A stretch of DNA of 64,000 bases from Minisyncoccota bacterium (GTDB taxonomy: Bacteria; Patescibacteriota; Minisyncoccia; Phycocordibacterales; UBA5272): assembly GCA_041651055.1 (NCBI GenBank), contig JBAZJW010000001.1, forward strand, positions 242,661 through 306,660, given 5' to 3'. Shown one piece after another: positions 1 through 10,025 of this stretch (within the stretch, counting starts at the first letter, position 1; the number at the start of each line of letters is the position of its first letter). Position numbers and translations under genes: made by a program. The notes beneath the pieces were generated by a model, which made no database searches, was not told where the DNA came from, and saw only the letters and a list, made by a program, of their open reading frames with translations.

Positions 1-121
1 TCGCTCCTTCTGTTTTTCTCCAATACGGAATCCATACTGCCTTATCAAAAGGAATCGTTGCAGCAAAAGCCACCTCACATAAAGAGACGACAAGAAACGT
101 ACTAATAAAAAGTTTTTTCAT
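1..121 (-). CDS. Secreted protein, N-terminal part only (possibly GH18-like glycoside hydrolase)
   Basis: Hand translation from the ATG at 121 gives MKKLFISTFLVVSLCEVAFAATIPFDKAVWIPYWRKTEG, a signal peptide followed by WIPYW. TATACT lies 7 nt upstream. The ORF runs off the window edge. Confidence 0.55.
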   Translation of the reverse strand, partial: MKKLFISTFLVVSLCEVAFAATIPFDKAVWIPYWRKTEGA

Positions 122-162
122 TCTACTTAGTATAACAGACGAACGAGCGCCTCTGTGACAAA

Positions 163-1575
163 CTATTTCTTAGTAACTTCGATATGTAATTCTTTTAATG
201 TCTTTTCTGGTGCAGGACTTGGCGCTTGCATAAGAACATCTTTTCCTTCCCCTGTCTTTGGGAAAGCGATTACTTCACGAATGTTCGGCTCGTTTAAGAG
301 AAGCATAAGAAATCTATCTAATCCCCATGCGATGCCGCCGTGTGGTGGTGTGCCAGCTGCGAGTGCACGAAGCATATGACCGAAATTAGTTTCGATTCTT
401 TCTGGAGAATATCCCATGATTTCAAAAACATTTTTAAGTTGTTCAGATTTGTGAATTCGTACTCCTCCTCCACCTATCTCATATCCGTTCATAGCGATGT
501 CGTACTGTGTTGAAAGTATACTGCCAATATTTTTCTTTTCCATAAAATCAGCAAGATAGTCTGCCTGAACACCTGTGAAAGGATTGTGTGTAAATGTCCA
601 CTCTCCTGTACCGTCGACGTTGTCCTCCCCTGTTCTTTCGAATGCTGGAAAATCAATCACCCAACAAAATGCGAGCAAGTTCGGATCATTTTTATCTTCG
701 CGGATATCTGGCTTATCAGAATTATATTTCTCCATCGCATCTTTGTAGGCAATGCGTGGGAAAGGAATACTCTGAATTCTTTTCTCTGGGAAAAGTTCTG
801 TTACAATCTTAATAAGTAAATCTTCATTCACTTTCATAACATCTTCACGAGCAACAAAACTCATTTCCATGTCGAGCTGTGTGAATTCTGGCTGACGATC
901 ACCACGAGTGTCTTCATCTCGCATACATTTCGCAATCTGGAAATATCTTTCGAACCCTCCAGCCATGAGAAGCTGCTTGTACTGCTGTGGTGACTGAGGA
1001 AGTGCATAAAAACTTCCTGGGTACAATCGTGCAGGTACGAGATAACTTCGTGAACCTTCTGGAGTAGGATTGGTAAGGAGAGGAGTCTCAACTTCGATGA
1101 AGCGCTGTGTATCCAAATAATCACGAATGTATTTCACAACCTTGTGACGTGTAATGATGTTTTTCTGAATACGAGCGCGGCGTTGATCCAAGTATTTATA
1201 TTCGAGACGAACTTCTTCGCCGACTTCGTAGCCGTCGGTAGAAATGTCGAAGCTTGGCGTCGTCGCTTCATTCAAAATTTCAATTGCCAAAACTTCGAGC
1301 TCTACATCACCGTTTATTACACCGGCTTTCATATTCTTTTCAGGGCGCTTGTTCACAATACCCTTTACAGTCACAACCCACTCAGGACGGACCTTTTGTG
1401 CCACCTCGAGGGCTTCTGTGTGATTAGGGAGCACGACAGCCTGAACCTTACCGGTGACATCACGAAGATCGAGAAATACCATTTTCCCTTGATCACGACG
1501 AACATCAATCCAGCCTTTAACGAGAATCTCCTCTCCCACACGCTCAGCAATATCTTTAATATAAATTCTTGGCAT
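163..1575 (-). CDS. aspS: Aspartate--tRNA ligase, short form lacking the GAD insertion domain
   Basis: OB-fold start (RRDQGKMVFLDLRD) and class II motifs (LPQSPQQYKQ, RDEDTRGDRQPEFTQLD, PPHGGIAWGLDR). Start set at MPRIYI (1575) because the in-frame upstream extension overlaps a T-box leader. Confidence 0.95.
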   Translation of the reverse strand: MPRIYIKDIAERVGEEILVKGWIDVRRDQGKMVFLDLRDVTGKVQAVVLPNHTEALEVAQKVRPEWVVTVKGIVNKRPEKNMKAGVINGDVELEVLAIEILNEATTPSFDISTDGYEVGEEVRLEYKYLDQRRARIQKNIITRHKVVKYIRDYLDTQRFIEVETPLLTNPTPEGSRSYLVPARLYPGSFYALPQSPQQYKQLLMAGGFERYFQIAKCMRDEDTRGDRQPEFTQLDMEMSFVAREDVMKVNEDLLIKIVTELFPEKRIQSIPFPRIAYKDAMEKYNSDKPDIREDKNDPNLLAFCWVIDFPAFERTGEDNVDGTGEWTFTHNPFTGVQADYLADFMEKKNIGSILSTQYDIAMNGYEIGGGGVRIHKSEQLKNVFEIMGYSPERIETNFGHMLRALAAGTPPHGGIAWGLDRFLMLLLNEPNIREVIAFPKTGEGKDVLMQAPSPAPEKTLKELHIEVTKK

Positions 1576-1726
1576 AAAGTTAACCGTAAACAAATAGACA
1601 TACGAAATTCTATCTGTGTACGGACGATTACGGGAACCGTGGTGCCACCATACATTGCTACTTATTGTAGCCACTCGATTATTAAAATAGTAAGGCTCCG
1701 AAGTTGTTAATTTCATCAATACCTTA
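1576..1726 (-). promoter_or_regulatory. T-box riboswitch leader (minimal architecture) upstream of aspS
   Basis: On the minus strand: K-turn Stem I UAAGGU-AUU-GA-UGAA..UUCG-GA-GCCUUA; Stem III GCUAC-AAUAA-GUAGC; antiterminator UGUAUGG-[UGGCACC]-ACGG...UCGU-CCGUACA; mutually exclusive hairpin at 1584-1623. Confidence 0.85.
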
Positions 1727-1824
1727 GTTTTATACTAACACAAAGAAGACAAAGGATACAAGAAAAATAAAAAACAATACTGACAAAAGTCTGTATTTCG
1801 TACTCCCTGCTTCCTGCTTCTTTC

Positions 1825-2805
1825 TTATTGCAATCCAACCTGAGTACGAACAAGACTCATAGTTTCTTGTGCTTTTACTTGCGCCTTTTTCCCTCCTTCC
1901 GCCAGAATAGCTTTAATTTTTTCTGGATTACCCATGAGGTCATCAAAAGTTTCTTTCTTCCCCTCTCGCCATTGTGTAATCGTTGCAAGAAGATCATCTT
2001 TTGCCTGCTTGTAACCATAACCACCGTCTTCAAACTTCGCACGCAACGCAGCGTCTTCTTCTGTACTCAAAAAAAGTTTATGGATAGCATATACATTATT
2101 CGTATCAGGATTTTTCTTTTCTTCTGGGGTAGCACTATCTGTCACAATACTCATCACCGCTTTCTTTACTTCTTCGTCACTTCCAAAAAGAGAAATAACA
2201 TTTCCTTTACTCTTGCTCATTTTTTCGCCATCTATTCCTGGAACAGTCGCCACGTCTGGGACGATATATTCTTTCGGAAGTTTGAACTGTTCAACATTCC
2301 ATGCTCGATTATAGAATCCAGCAATATCACGTGCGTATTCTACATGCTGCTTCTGATCAGAACCAACAGGAACGATGTCCGCTTGGTACATCAAAATATC
2401 AGCTGCCATAAGAACAGGATAATCAAAGAGTCCCGCGTTAACTTCTTTACTTTTTGCTTCATGATCTTTGAAAGCGTGTGCCCGCATAAGATACGGGACA
2501 GTTACAATATTATTTAAAATGACACAGAGTTCTGTATGTGCGGGCACGTCTGATTGTTTGAACAAAATTGCTTTACTAAGATCAAGACCACATGCGACAT
2601 ATGCTGCGACAATTTCATGTGTTGATCGGCGAAGATCTTCGGCATTCTTCACCGTTGTAAGAGCATGATAATCTGCAATAAAGATGTACGGCTCAAATTC
2701 ATCACCATTGGCAAGTTCTATGTTTGGTTTTACAACTGCAAAATAATTACCAAAATGAAGGCGTCCGGAAGCTTGTATACCTGATACGAGAATTTTCTTT
2801 GACAT
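1825..2805 (-). CDS. trpS: Tryptophan--tRNA ligase
   Basis: SGIQASGRLHFGNY (HIGH-like), VPVGSDQKQH and KMSKS motifs. Start MSKKIL has TATACT 7 nt upstream. Confidence 0.96.
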   Translation of the reverse strand: MSKKILVSGIQASGRLHFGNYFAVVKPNIELANGDEFEPYIFIADYHALTTVKNAEDLRRSTHEIVAAYVACGLDLSKAILFKQSDVPAHTELCVILNNIVTVPYLMRAHAFKDHEAKSKEVNAGLFDYPVLMAADILMYQADIVPVGSDQKQHVEYARDIAGFYNRAWNVEQFKLPKEYIVPDVATVPGIDGEKMSKSKGNVISLFGSDEEVKKAVMSIVTDSATPEEKKNPDTNNVYAIHKLFLSTEEDAALRAKFEDGGYGYKQAKDDLLATITQWREGKKETFDDLMGNPEKIKAILAEGGKKAQVKAQETMSLVRTQVGLQ

Positions 2806-2881
2806 GCGTAGTAGTATATCAAACAAATGAGTTGCCACGAAGTGGCCGCTCATTTGTTCTTACTCTATACCATAAAGCAAT

Positions 2882-3008
2882 TTGTAAGTTAAAAATTGCT
2901 TCAGATACGAGGCGGAAGAAATTTTTACGACCAAGACGTACGCATAGTACGTCGCGTGGAGGAAAAATTTCTTCCAACGAAGTAGATGGAGTGATTTTGA
3001 GCTTACAA
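2882..3008 (+). repeat. ERIC-like structured repeat, copy 1 (overlaps dnaJ stop)
   Basis: Imperfect 127-nt palindrome with CGAGGCG...AACGAAG internal-loop motifs and an apical GACGTAC/GTACGTC hairpin. Homologous to four other copies in the window. Confidence 0.8.
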
Positions 3009-4097
3009 GCCCTCTTCTTTTAACCCGTCAATGTGAGTTAGAGCTTTCTTCGAAAGCTTCTTCGGCATATGAATATCCAATTTCACAAGAACATCTCCTC
3101 TCTTTCCTTTTTCATGAATATACGGAACACCTCGAGAACGCACACGGAGTATTTCTCCTGTAGCTGCACCGGATGGAATGTCGATATCAATAGAACCATC
3201 GAGTCCATCAATCGTATGCTTCACACCGAGTAAGGCATCAGTGAGTTTGATACTGTGCGTAATACTCAAATCGTTTCCTTCACGCTTCCACACTTTGTGT
3301 GGTGTAACATTTATTTTTACATACAAATCCCCGGTCGTTCCACCTGAGACAGCTTCTCCCATTTGTGACATACGAATCATTTCGCCATTTGCGATTCCTG
3401 CCGGAATCGCAATATTCACTTCTTCACGAGAGTTCACAATACCGTTGCCCTTACAATCATGACACTTCTCTTCAGGAACTTTCCCTGTACCACGACATGC
3501 ATCACACGTATGTACGGTCTGGAAATTACCCATGAATGTTTTCTTCACATCATGCACTTTTCCTTGACCATTACAGGTCGTACAGGTTTTCATTTTTGTT
3601 CCAACTTTTGCCCCCGTGCCTGTACATGTCTTACATGTATTTACTTTCGATAGCAAAACGTTTCTCTCTGTACCAAAGATGGCTTCTGCAAATGGGATGT
3701 CAATTTCAAGTGAAATGTCTCGTCCGCGTTTAGGGCGTGATCCGAAACCGTTGCCTCCTTGTCCACCAAATATATCTCCGAATATATCTCCGAGATCACC
3801 AAAATCAAATTCCATACCCTGGAAGTCTGATTGATTGAATCCACCACCGAACCCTCCGAAGCCTCCCGCTTGTGGTCCTTGACCATTGAATGTCTGACCG
3901 TACGTATCGTATTCTTTTCGCTTCTTTTCGTCAGAGAGTGTTTGATAGGCTTCGTTTATTTCCTTAAACTTCGCTTCATCCCCTCCCTTTTTGTCAGGAT
4001 GATACTTGGCCGCAAGTTTATAGAACGCCTTTTTTATATCGTCTTTTGACGCCCCCTTATCTACCCCAAGCACGTTGTAATAGTCTTTAGTTGCCAT
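3003..4097 (-). CDS. dnaJ: Chaperone DnaJ
   Basis: J domain with HPD, G/F-rich region and four CxxCxGxG repeats. Confidence 0.98.
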   Translation of the reverse strand: MATKDYYNVLGVDKGASKDDIKKAFYKLAAKYHPDKKGGDEAKFKEINEAYQTLSDEKKRKEYDTYGQTFNGQGPQAGGFGGFGGGFNQSDFQGMEFDFGDLGDIFGDIFGGQGGNGFGSRPKRGRDISLEIDIPFAEAIFGTERNVLLSKVNTCKTCTGTGAKVGTKMKTCTTCNGQGKVHDVKKTFMGNFQTVHTCDACRGTGKVPEEKCHDCKGNGIVNSREEVNIAIPAGIANGEMIRMSQMGEAVSGGTTGDLYVKINVTPHKVWKREGNDLSITHSIKLTDALLGVKHTIDGLDGSIDIDIPSGAATGEILRVRSRGVPYIHEKGKRGDVLVKLDIHMPKKLSKKALTHIDGLKEEGL

Positions 4098-4230
4098 ATA
4101 GTTTGTTAGTATCTTTATACCATAATAGATGAAGGCTACGCAAGTAGTATCTTTGACAATTTATTGAAAAGTTGTAGTATAAGGTTCAATTGTACACGTC
4201 TTCTAAATCTTACACGAAAGGACTTTACCC

Positions 4231-4716
4231 ATGAAAACAACACTTGAGGGGTTGCGGTCGGAGCAAGAGACATTTGAGTTGAATCTGCCACGCAGTTACC
4301 CCGACTGCCTGAAGCGGTTGAACAAGCCGTTCCATCTACCGAATAAAAACGGATTTTGGTACAAGGGTGCTCCGATTGTGGTAGTTAGGTGCTTTGACTC
4401 TCGCTACTCTGCATCGATGTACCGACTTTGCGGAGTAATGGATGCCCACATGCTCTTACCGTTCCCAAAGTTGTTGCCAGCTGAGGCGGAAGAAATAGTT
4501 TGGCAGATCGCAGTAAAGAACGAGCTGTTCCGACATCATGGATACATCATCACCACCCGGTTCCATGATGAAGTCTTTGGCTACAGGTACAGTTTTGCTG
4601 ACGGAGAGCGGAGAACTTTGAAAGTCGATAAACACAAAACTCTTCTTCCAAACATCATCCCCCTTGGGGAAGATATCATTTTCTTTAACCTCGGACTGAA
4701 ACGCCTGAACGGTTAA
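4231..4716 (+). CDS. Orphan hypothetical protein inserted between dnaK and dnaJ
   Basis: 161-aa ORF with TTGACA (4153) and TAGTAT (4175) promoter boxes, an AAGGA RBS and a downstream terminator. No recognisable domain. Confidence 0.7.
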   Translation: MKTTLEGLRSEQETFELNLPRSYPDCLKRLNKPFHLPNKNGFWYKGAPIVVVRCFDSRYSASMYRLCGVMDAHMLLPFPKLLPAEAEEIVWQIAVKNELFRHHGYIITTRFHDEVFGYRYSFADGERRTLKVDKHKTLLPNIIPLGEDIIFFNLGLKRLNG

Positions 4717-4751
4717 GGACTGGCCGTAAAAAAGTCAAAAGCACAACAAAA

Positions 4752-4788
4752 AGCTGGATAGCCCTCTCGGGTTATCCAGCTCTTTTTA
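4752..4788. terminator. Bidirectional intrinsic terminator
   Basis: AGCTGGATAGCCC-TCTC-GGGTTATCCAGCT flanked by A and T tracts, between convergent genes. Confidence 0.8.
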
Positions 4789-4798
4789 TTTCTACTAT

Positions 4799-6685
4799 TT
4801 ACGCCTGTGGTTCGTCTTTCTTTTCTTCTGTATCTGTATTTTCTGTTGTCTGTTCACTGTTTTCTGTTGGCTTTACTTGATCATTAGCAGACTTCATCGC
4901 CTCCCCTATTTTCATCATTTTTTCAGAGAGTGATTCTGTCGCCTTTTTGACTGCTTCTATCTCTCCACCTTCACGAACTTTTTTCACTTCATCGATTGCA
5001 TCAGTAACTTCTTTCTTAATATCATCACTGATTTTTCCTTCAGCATCTTTGAGTGCCTTCTCTGCAGTATGAACCATCGCGTCTGCCATATTTTTAGCTT
5101 CCACATGTTCCATCTTTTTCTTATCCTCATCAGCATGAGCTTCCGCATCCTGCTGCATACGCTTGATATCTTCATCAGAGAGACCACTTGAAGCTTCGAT
5201 ACGAATAGACTGAGCCTTACCGGATGTTTTGTCCAAGGCTTTCACATTCAAGATTCCATTGGCATCCACATCGAAGGTCACTTCCACCTGTGGCATACCG
5301 CGTGGTGCTGGAGGAATACCATCCAAGATAAATCTACCGAGCGACTTGTTGTCTGCTGCGAGTGGTCGTTCACCTTGTGTGATGTGAATCTCCACTGATG
5401 TCTGATTATCCGCTGCCGTCGAGAATGTCTGAGACTTCGATGTTGGAATAGTCATATTCTTTTCTACAAGCTTCGTCGCGACACCTCCCATTGTCTCGAT
5501 ACCAAGAGAAAGTGGAATCACATCGAGCAAGAGAACATCCTTCACATCACCTTGTAGCACACCAGCCTGTACAGCCGCACCGAGTGCCACCACTTCGTCT
5601 GGGTTAATCGTTCGGTTCGGTTCTTTACCAAAGAGTGCCTTCACCGCCTCCACAATCATAGGCATGCGCGTCTGACCTCCAACCATAATAATTTCATTAA
5701 TTTCTTCTTTCTTAAATGGTGAAGCGTCAATTGCGCGCTTTGTGATTTCGATAGAACGATCAACGAATTCTTTTGAAAGTTCTTCAAGCTTTGCACGAGT
5801 TACCTTTACAACTAAGTGCTTTGGTCCGTCTACACCTGAAGTGATGAATGGAAGGTTTATTTCCGTTTCCATTTGAGATGAAAGTTCGTGCTTTGCTTTT
5901 TCTGCAGCCTCATCGAGACGCTGAAGAGCGAGTGCATCGGTCGACACATCAATACCTTGATCCTTCTTGAATTCATCCGCAATGTATCTCACAAACATCT
6001 GATCGATATCACGACCACCCAAGTGTGAGTCTCCATCTACTGACTTCACTTCCACCACACCATCACCCACTTCGAGAATAGAGATGTCGAATGTTCCTCC
6101 TCCGAAGTCATACACGGCAATCTTTTCATTCTTCTGTGAATTGAATCCATACGCAAGAGCAGCGGCTGTTGGTTCTGGAATAATACGCATCACTTCAAGT
6201 CCGGCAATTTTTCCAGCAGCGATTGTCGCCTGACGCTGTACGTCGTTGAAATATGCGGGCACGGTAATAACAGCCTGTGTGATTGTCTCACCGAGCTTCG
6301 CTTCTACATCTGCTTTTATTTTCTGAAGAATCATCGCAGAAATTTCTTCTGGACGAGAATCCTTACCTCCGAGAGAAATGAGCACGCCACCATTGTCACT
6401 CGCTTTTATTTTGTATGCTACACGAGGAATGTCATTCTGTACTTCTTTATCAGCAAATGAATGACCCATGAAGCGCTTCACACCGTACACAGTGTTTTCT
6501 GGATTGGTTACTGCCTGACGCTTTGCAATCTGGCCGACAGCACGTTCACCATTTTTGTTCACTGAAACAACCGACGGAGTCGTACGGTTCCCTTCGAGGT
6601 TCTCGATGATTTTTGGCTGTCCAGCTTCGATGATTGCGACAGCACTGTTTGTTGTTCCCAAGTCAATTCCGATTATTTTTGCCAT
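4799..6685 (-). CDS. dnaK: Chaperone DnaK (Hsp70)
   Basis: [17 protein letters not shown] and [10 protein letters not shown] motifs. Confidence 0.99.
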   Translation of the reverse strand: MAKIIGIDLGTTNSAVAIIEAGQPKIIENLEGNRTTPSVVSVNKNGERAVGQIAKRQAVTNPENTVYGVKRFMGHSFADKEVQNDIPRVAYKIKASDNGGVLISLGGKDSRPEEISAMILQKIKADVEAKLGETITQAVITVPAYFNDVQRQATIAAGKIAGLEVMRIIPEPTAAALAYGFNSQKNEKIAVYDFGGGTFDISILEVGDGVVEVKSVDGDSHLGGRDIDQMFVRYIADEFKKDQGIDVSTDALALQRLDEAAEKAKHELSSQMETEINLPFITSGVDGPKHLVVKVTRAKLEELSKEFVDRSIEITKRAIDASPFKKEEINEIIMVGGQTRMPMIVEAVKALFGKEPNRTINPDEVVALGAAVQAGVLQGDVKDVLLLDVIPLSLGIETMGGVATKLVEKNMTIPTSKSQTFSTAADNQTSVEIHITQGERPLAADNKSLGRFILDGIPPAPRGMPQVEVTFDVDANGILNVKALDKTSGKAQSIRIEASSGLSDEDIKRMQQDAEAHADEDKKKMEHVEAKNMADAMVHTAEKALKDAEGKISDDIKKEVTDAIDEVKKVREGGEIEAVKKATESLSEKMMKIGEAMKSANDQVKPTENSEQTTENTDTEEKKDEPQA

Positions 6686-6816
6686 ATTTTAAATAGTAAT
6701 TAGTTAGTAGTAATTCGTAATTAGTTAAATTCAAATTCAATTTCTGTGTGCTTCTAGCTTCTAGCTTTCAGTTTTTAACTTCCCCTTCTTCGCTTCTAGC
6801 TTCCGGCCTTAAGCTT

Positions 6817-7455
6817 CTAGCTTCTCTCTTCCAGATGCCCTACATGCACTCGAGCGGGACGTAAAATTGTATCGTGCATGCGGTATCCACTCTGTAAGAT
6901 ACGTACAAGCGTATCATTTTCTTTCTCATTGGTAACAGGAACCATTTCCATACTTTCATGAAGATTCGGATCAAAGGTATCTCCAACGTTTCCGAATTGC
7001 GTGACACCTTCATTCTCAAGCACTGTTCTCAGTTGCCCAAAGATGTACTCAATACCGATTCTCCAATTCTGGTCTACCTTTTCCCATGCTTCCACATTCC
7101 CTTTTGCCATATCGTATGAATCAAGAACGGGAAGCAATTCTTCAATAAATCGTTTGGTGGAAAACTTTCTTTCAGAGAGACGGTTCGCATCTACTTCTTT
7201 TTTGAAGTTCATGTAATCCGCTCGTGTGCGCTGAGAAAGATCGAGATACTCCTGCTTCTCCCCTTCTAGCTTTTTAATTTTCTCTCGCAACTTTTTGATG
7301 GTACTACGAGCGTCTACTTCACCCTCCTCGTTTACATCCTCGAACGAAACATCATCAACTTCTGACTCGTTCTTCGTTCTTCGTTCTTCGTTAGGAGTTT
7401 CTCGCTCTGCACTTCTTACTTCTTGCTGTTCCTTGTTTTCTTCTTCATTATTCAT
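6817..7455 (-). CDS. grpE: Nucleotide exchange factor GrpE
   Basis: Coiled coil with RADYMN, plus FDPNLHE and GYRMHDTILRPARV. Lies directly upstream of dnaK. Confidence 0.95.
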   Translation of the reverse strand: MNNEEENKEQQEVRSAERETPNEERRTKNESEVDDVSFEDVNEEGEVDARSTIKKLREKIKKLEGEKQEYLDLSQRTRADYMNFKKEVDANRLSERKFSTKRFIEELLPVLDSYDMAKGNVEAWEKVDQNWRIGIEYIFGQLRTVLENEGVTQFGNVGDTFDPNLHESMEMVPVTNEKENDTLVRILQSGYRMHDTILRPARVHVGHLEERS

Positions 7456-7637
7456 ATTGTTCAGTGTTCTAAGTTTAATAAACACGGTCTCTTTATCTAT
7501 TGCAGTTCTATCGTTACTATCGTGTCTTTCGTGTCAGCAGTATACCATTTTCCCTCACTCTCTGTTTATAGATTATTTAAGAAAATAAGTCAAGAAAAAA
7601 GCCTCCTTTCGGAGACTTTTTACGATTAACGCTTTGA

Positions 7638-7787
7638 TAAACGGTATAAATATTGAGATGAATGCAAGGCGTGAGAAATTTTTGCGACCAACAAATCTAT
7701 TTTGGTCCAAGACCTGAATTTGCTAATTCAGATGCGTGGAGGAAAAATTTCGAGAAACGCAGCAGTCGCTCAATATTTTATCGTTTA
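7638..7787 (+). repeat. ERIC-like structured repeat, copy 2 (with an extra internal hairpin)
   Basis: TA-bounded imperfect palindrome with CAAGGCG...AACGCAG. Shares GAAATTTTT-CGACCA...GCGTGGAGGAAAAATTTC with copy 1. Confidence 0.8.
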
Positions 7788-7836
7788 GACCACCCATTCG
7801 ACTCGCCTAAGGCAGACAAGGCTCGCTCAGGGTGTC
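7788..7836. repeat. Small REP-like palindrome (TTCGAC..CTCA family)
   Basis: CACCC-ATTCGACT...TCGCTCA-GGGTG. Related copies at 16838, 20430 and 44283. Confidence 0.55.
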
Positions 7837-7888
7837 GTAAGCGATAATAATAAAATCCCCTTTCGGGGATTTTATTATTATCGCTTAC
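7837..7888. terminator. Perfect 24-bp-stem hairpin overlapping the rpsI 3' end
   Basis: GTAAGCGATAATAATAAAATCCCC-TTTC-GGGGATTTTATTATTATCGCTTAC. Confidence 0.75.
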
Positions 7889-8285
7889 TCCAAGTTGGTG
7901 CCTTTCGAGCTTTCTTAAGCCCGAACTTCTTTCGTTCCACCTGACGTGAATCACGCTTTAGGAATCCAAGTTTCTTAAGGGTATTCTTGATATCTTCATC
8001 ACGAAGAACAAGTGTGCGAGAAATACCATGACGAACAGATTCTGCTTGTGCATGAATACCTCCACCAGAAACGTGTACGGTGATAGTAAATTTTTCCGCA
8101 ACTTCACTCTTTGTGATTGCTTCCTGTGCGATCATTTGAAGTTCTTCTGTTACGAAGTAATCCTTCATTTCTTTATCGTTTACCGTAAACGAAGTCTTTG
8201 TCGCAGGAGTAATGCGAACACGAGCAGTTGCTGTCTTTCTGCGTCCTACGGCTTCAATGTAACGGTTTTTTGTATCTGCTGACAT
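7878..8285 (-). CDS. rpsI: 30S ribosomal protein S9
   Basis: GRRKTATARV, ERKKFGLKKARKAPTWSKR. Confidence 0.98.
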   Translation of the reverse strand: MSADTKNRYIEAVGRRKTATARVRITPATKTSFTVNDKEMKDYFVTEELQMIAQEAITKSEVAEKFTITVHVSGGGIHAQAESVRHGISRTLVLRDEDIKNTLKKLGFLKRDSRQVERKKFGLKKARKAPTWSKR

Positions 8286-8300
8286 ATATTATATAAATTA

Positions 8301-8645
8301 TTATTCCTCAATCGTGAGATTCTTCAAACGAATACCTTGAAGCTTGTTCTTTGGAAGCATTCCATTCACTGCATGTGAAATGAGTTCACTGTATCCTTTC
8401 TTTTCTACGACATAACTAAGAGGCATCTCTGTGAGTCCTCCAGGAAATCCTGAGTATGACTTATGAACACTCTCTTTCATTTTGTTACCAGAAACTTTAA
8501 CCTTAGAAGCGTTGATCACCTTCACAGATACATCTGCAACTCGGTTCTTCATGAAGTGAATACTGTCTTTTGCATTAAGAAGTGCAGCGACTTCTGATGC
8601 GAGTCGTCCGAGAGCTTTATCTGTTGCGTCAATTGTGTAGTTCAT
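8301..8645 (-). CDS. rplM: 50S ribosomal protein L13 (short, 114 aa)
   Basis: IDATDKALGRLAS, SGFPGG, AVNGMLPKN. Lies upstream of rpsI. Confidence 0.93.
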   Translation of the reverse strand: MNYTIDATDKALGRLASEVAALLNAKDSIHFMKNRVADVSVKVINASKVKVSGNKMKESVHKSYSGFPGGLTEMPLSYVVEKKGYSELISHAVNGMLPKNKLQGIRLKNLTIEE

Positions 8646-8662
8646 AAAAGTAAGGTTAAAGA

Positions 8663-9016
8663 TTATACGAATTCGATGATAGCCTTCTCAGCACCATCAG
8701 AAAGACGTGTAGGAAGTTTGAGAATACGAGTATAGCCACCTGTTACCGTTTTATACTTTGGAGCGTACTCTGAGAAAAGTTTGATTGTTTCAGAATCCTG
8801 ATTCATGATTCGAGACATGATCAAGCGACGACGTGCTACCGTGTCTTCTTTTGCAAGTGTTACAAGCTTTTCTACATGAGGACGGATTTCTTTTGCGCGA
8901 GCAAGTGTCGTCTCAATGCGTCCATGACGAATGAGATTGACCAAGAGACCACGAATAAAGGCTTTACGCTCGTTCTTTTCTCTTCCGAATTTTCTGAATG
9001 CTTTATGGTGTTTCAT
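8663..9016 (-). CDS. rplQ: 50S ribosomal protein L17
   Basis: GRIETTLARAKE, GGYTRILK. Confidence 0.97.
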   Translation of the reverse strand: MKHHKAFRKFGREKNERKAFIRGLLVNLIRHGRIETTLARAKEIRPHVEKLVTLAKEDTVARRRLIMSRIMNQDSETIKLFSEYAPKYKTVTGGYTRILKLPTRLSDGAEKAIIEFV

Positions 9017-9059
9017 AGGTTTCTAGATTCTCTACTATATCATGCCGACAGGTATATTG

Positions 9060-10025
9060 CTATGCCTTTAGGGAAAGATTCAAGTCTGAGAGTGCTTTCT
9101 TAATTTCAGTAATACCTTTCTCTCCAAGTCCGTCTGTAGAGAGTAGGTCGGCTTCAGTCTTGCGAGCGAGGCCTCCAGCTGTACGAACAGCTGCAGCAAC
9201 GAGTGCATTTTCGGTGCGTGTAGAAAGACCAAGATCTTCAATCTTCACCTTTGTCGCATCCGTTGTATCAAGTGCATCTCCAGCATCCATAATTGGAGCA
9301 TGTACTGATTCCTTTGGCATATCGACAACTTGTTCACGGAAGCCTACAACAGCCTGAAGCTGTGTAATCATCGTGTGAATAGCATCTTCGAGTGCTTCAT
9401 GTGGAGTAATAGTACCATCTGTTTCAATAGAAACACGAAGACGGTTATTGTCTGTACGATCACCAACACGCATGTTTTCTACTTCGTAACTAGCGCGACG
9501 AATAGGAGTAAATGAAGCGTCGAGAACGATTGTTCCGATATCAGCCTTTTCCTTCACAAGCACTTCACGTGGTACATAACCAAGCCCCTTTTCAACAGTG
9601 ATTTCAATTGCAATATCAACATCCTTTGCCGTTGATTCACAGATGTACTGATCCTTGTTCATGATTTCAAGCTGTGTAGGAAGTGTAATATCCTTGGCAG
9701 TTGTTGTCTTTGCACCCTTGATGTGAAGTGTTGCTTTCTGAGCGTCATCACCGTGTAGCTTAAAACGAGTCTTCTTAAGGTTAAGAATAATTGCGATCAC
9801 ATCTTCTTTGATACCATCAATAGCAGAAAATTCATGCTTTACACCATCAATAGAGAGTGATGTAATTGCAGCGCCAGGGATTGATGAAAGAATAATACGA
9901 CGAAGAGAGTTTCCGAGTGTATGTCCGTATCCTGGGTAAAGTCCGTCAATTTCGTAAACGCCTGAAGTGGCGTCTTCTTTAACAATTCTTGGCTTTGATG
10001 GCAAAATAATAGAATGTGAAGACAT
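9060..10025 (-). CDS. rpoA: RNA polymerase alpha subunit
   Basis: GYGHTLGNSLRRIILSS and alpha-CTD LSTRTENAL...GLGEKG. Confidence 0.98.
   Translation of the reverse strand: MSSHSIILPSKPRIVKEDATSGVYEIDGLYPGYGHTLGNSLRRIILSSIPGAAITSLSIDGVKHEFSAIDGIKEDVIAIILNLKKTRFKLHGDDAQKATLHIKGAKTTTAKDITLPTQLEIMNKDQYICESTAKDVDIAIEITVEKGLGYVPREVLVKEKADIGTIVLDASFTPIRRASYEVENMRVGDRTDNNRLRVSIETDGTITPHEALEDAIHTMITQLQAVVGFREQVVDMPKESVHAPIMDAGDALDTTDATKVKIEDLGLSTRTENALVAAAVRTAGGLARKTEADLLSTDGLGEKGITEIKKALSDLNLSLKA

Noticed and set aside
1576-1719. 48-codon in-frame N-terminal extension of aspS, possibly a leader peptide (contains WWHH)
   Set aside because: It coincides with the T-box RNA elements and shows no AspRS similarity. 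The WWHH is simply the translated T-box sequence.
7456-7600. CIRCE/HrcA operator upstream of grpE-dnaK
   Set aside because: No TTAGCACTC-N9-GAGTGCTAA match and no hrcA in the window.
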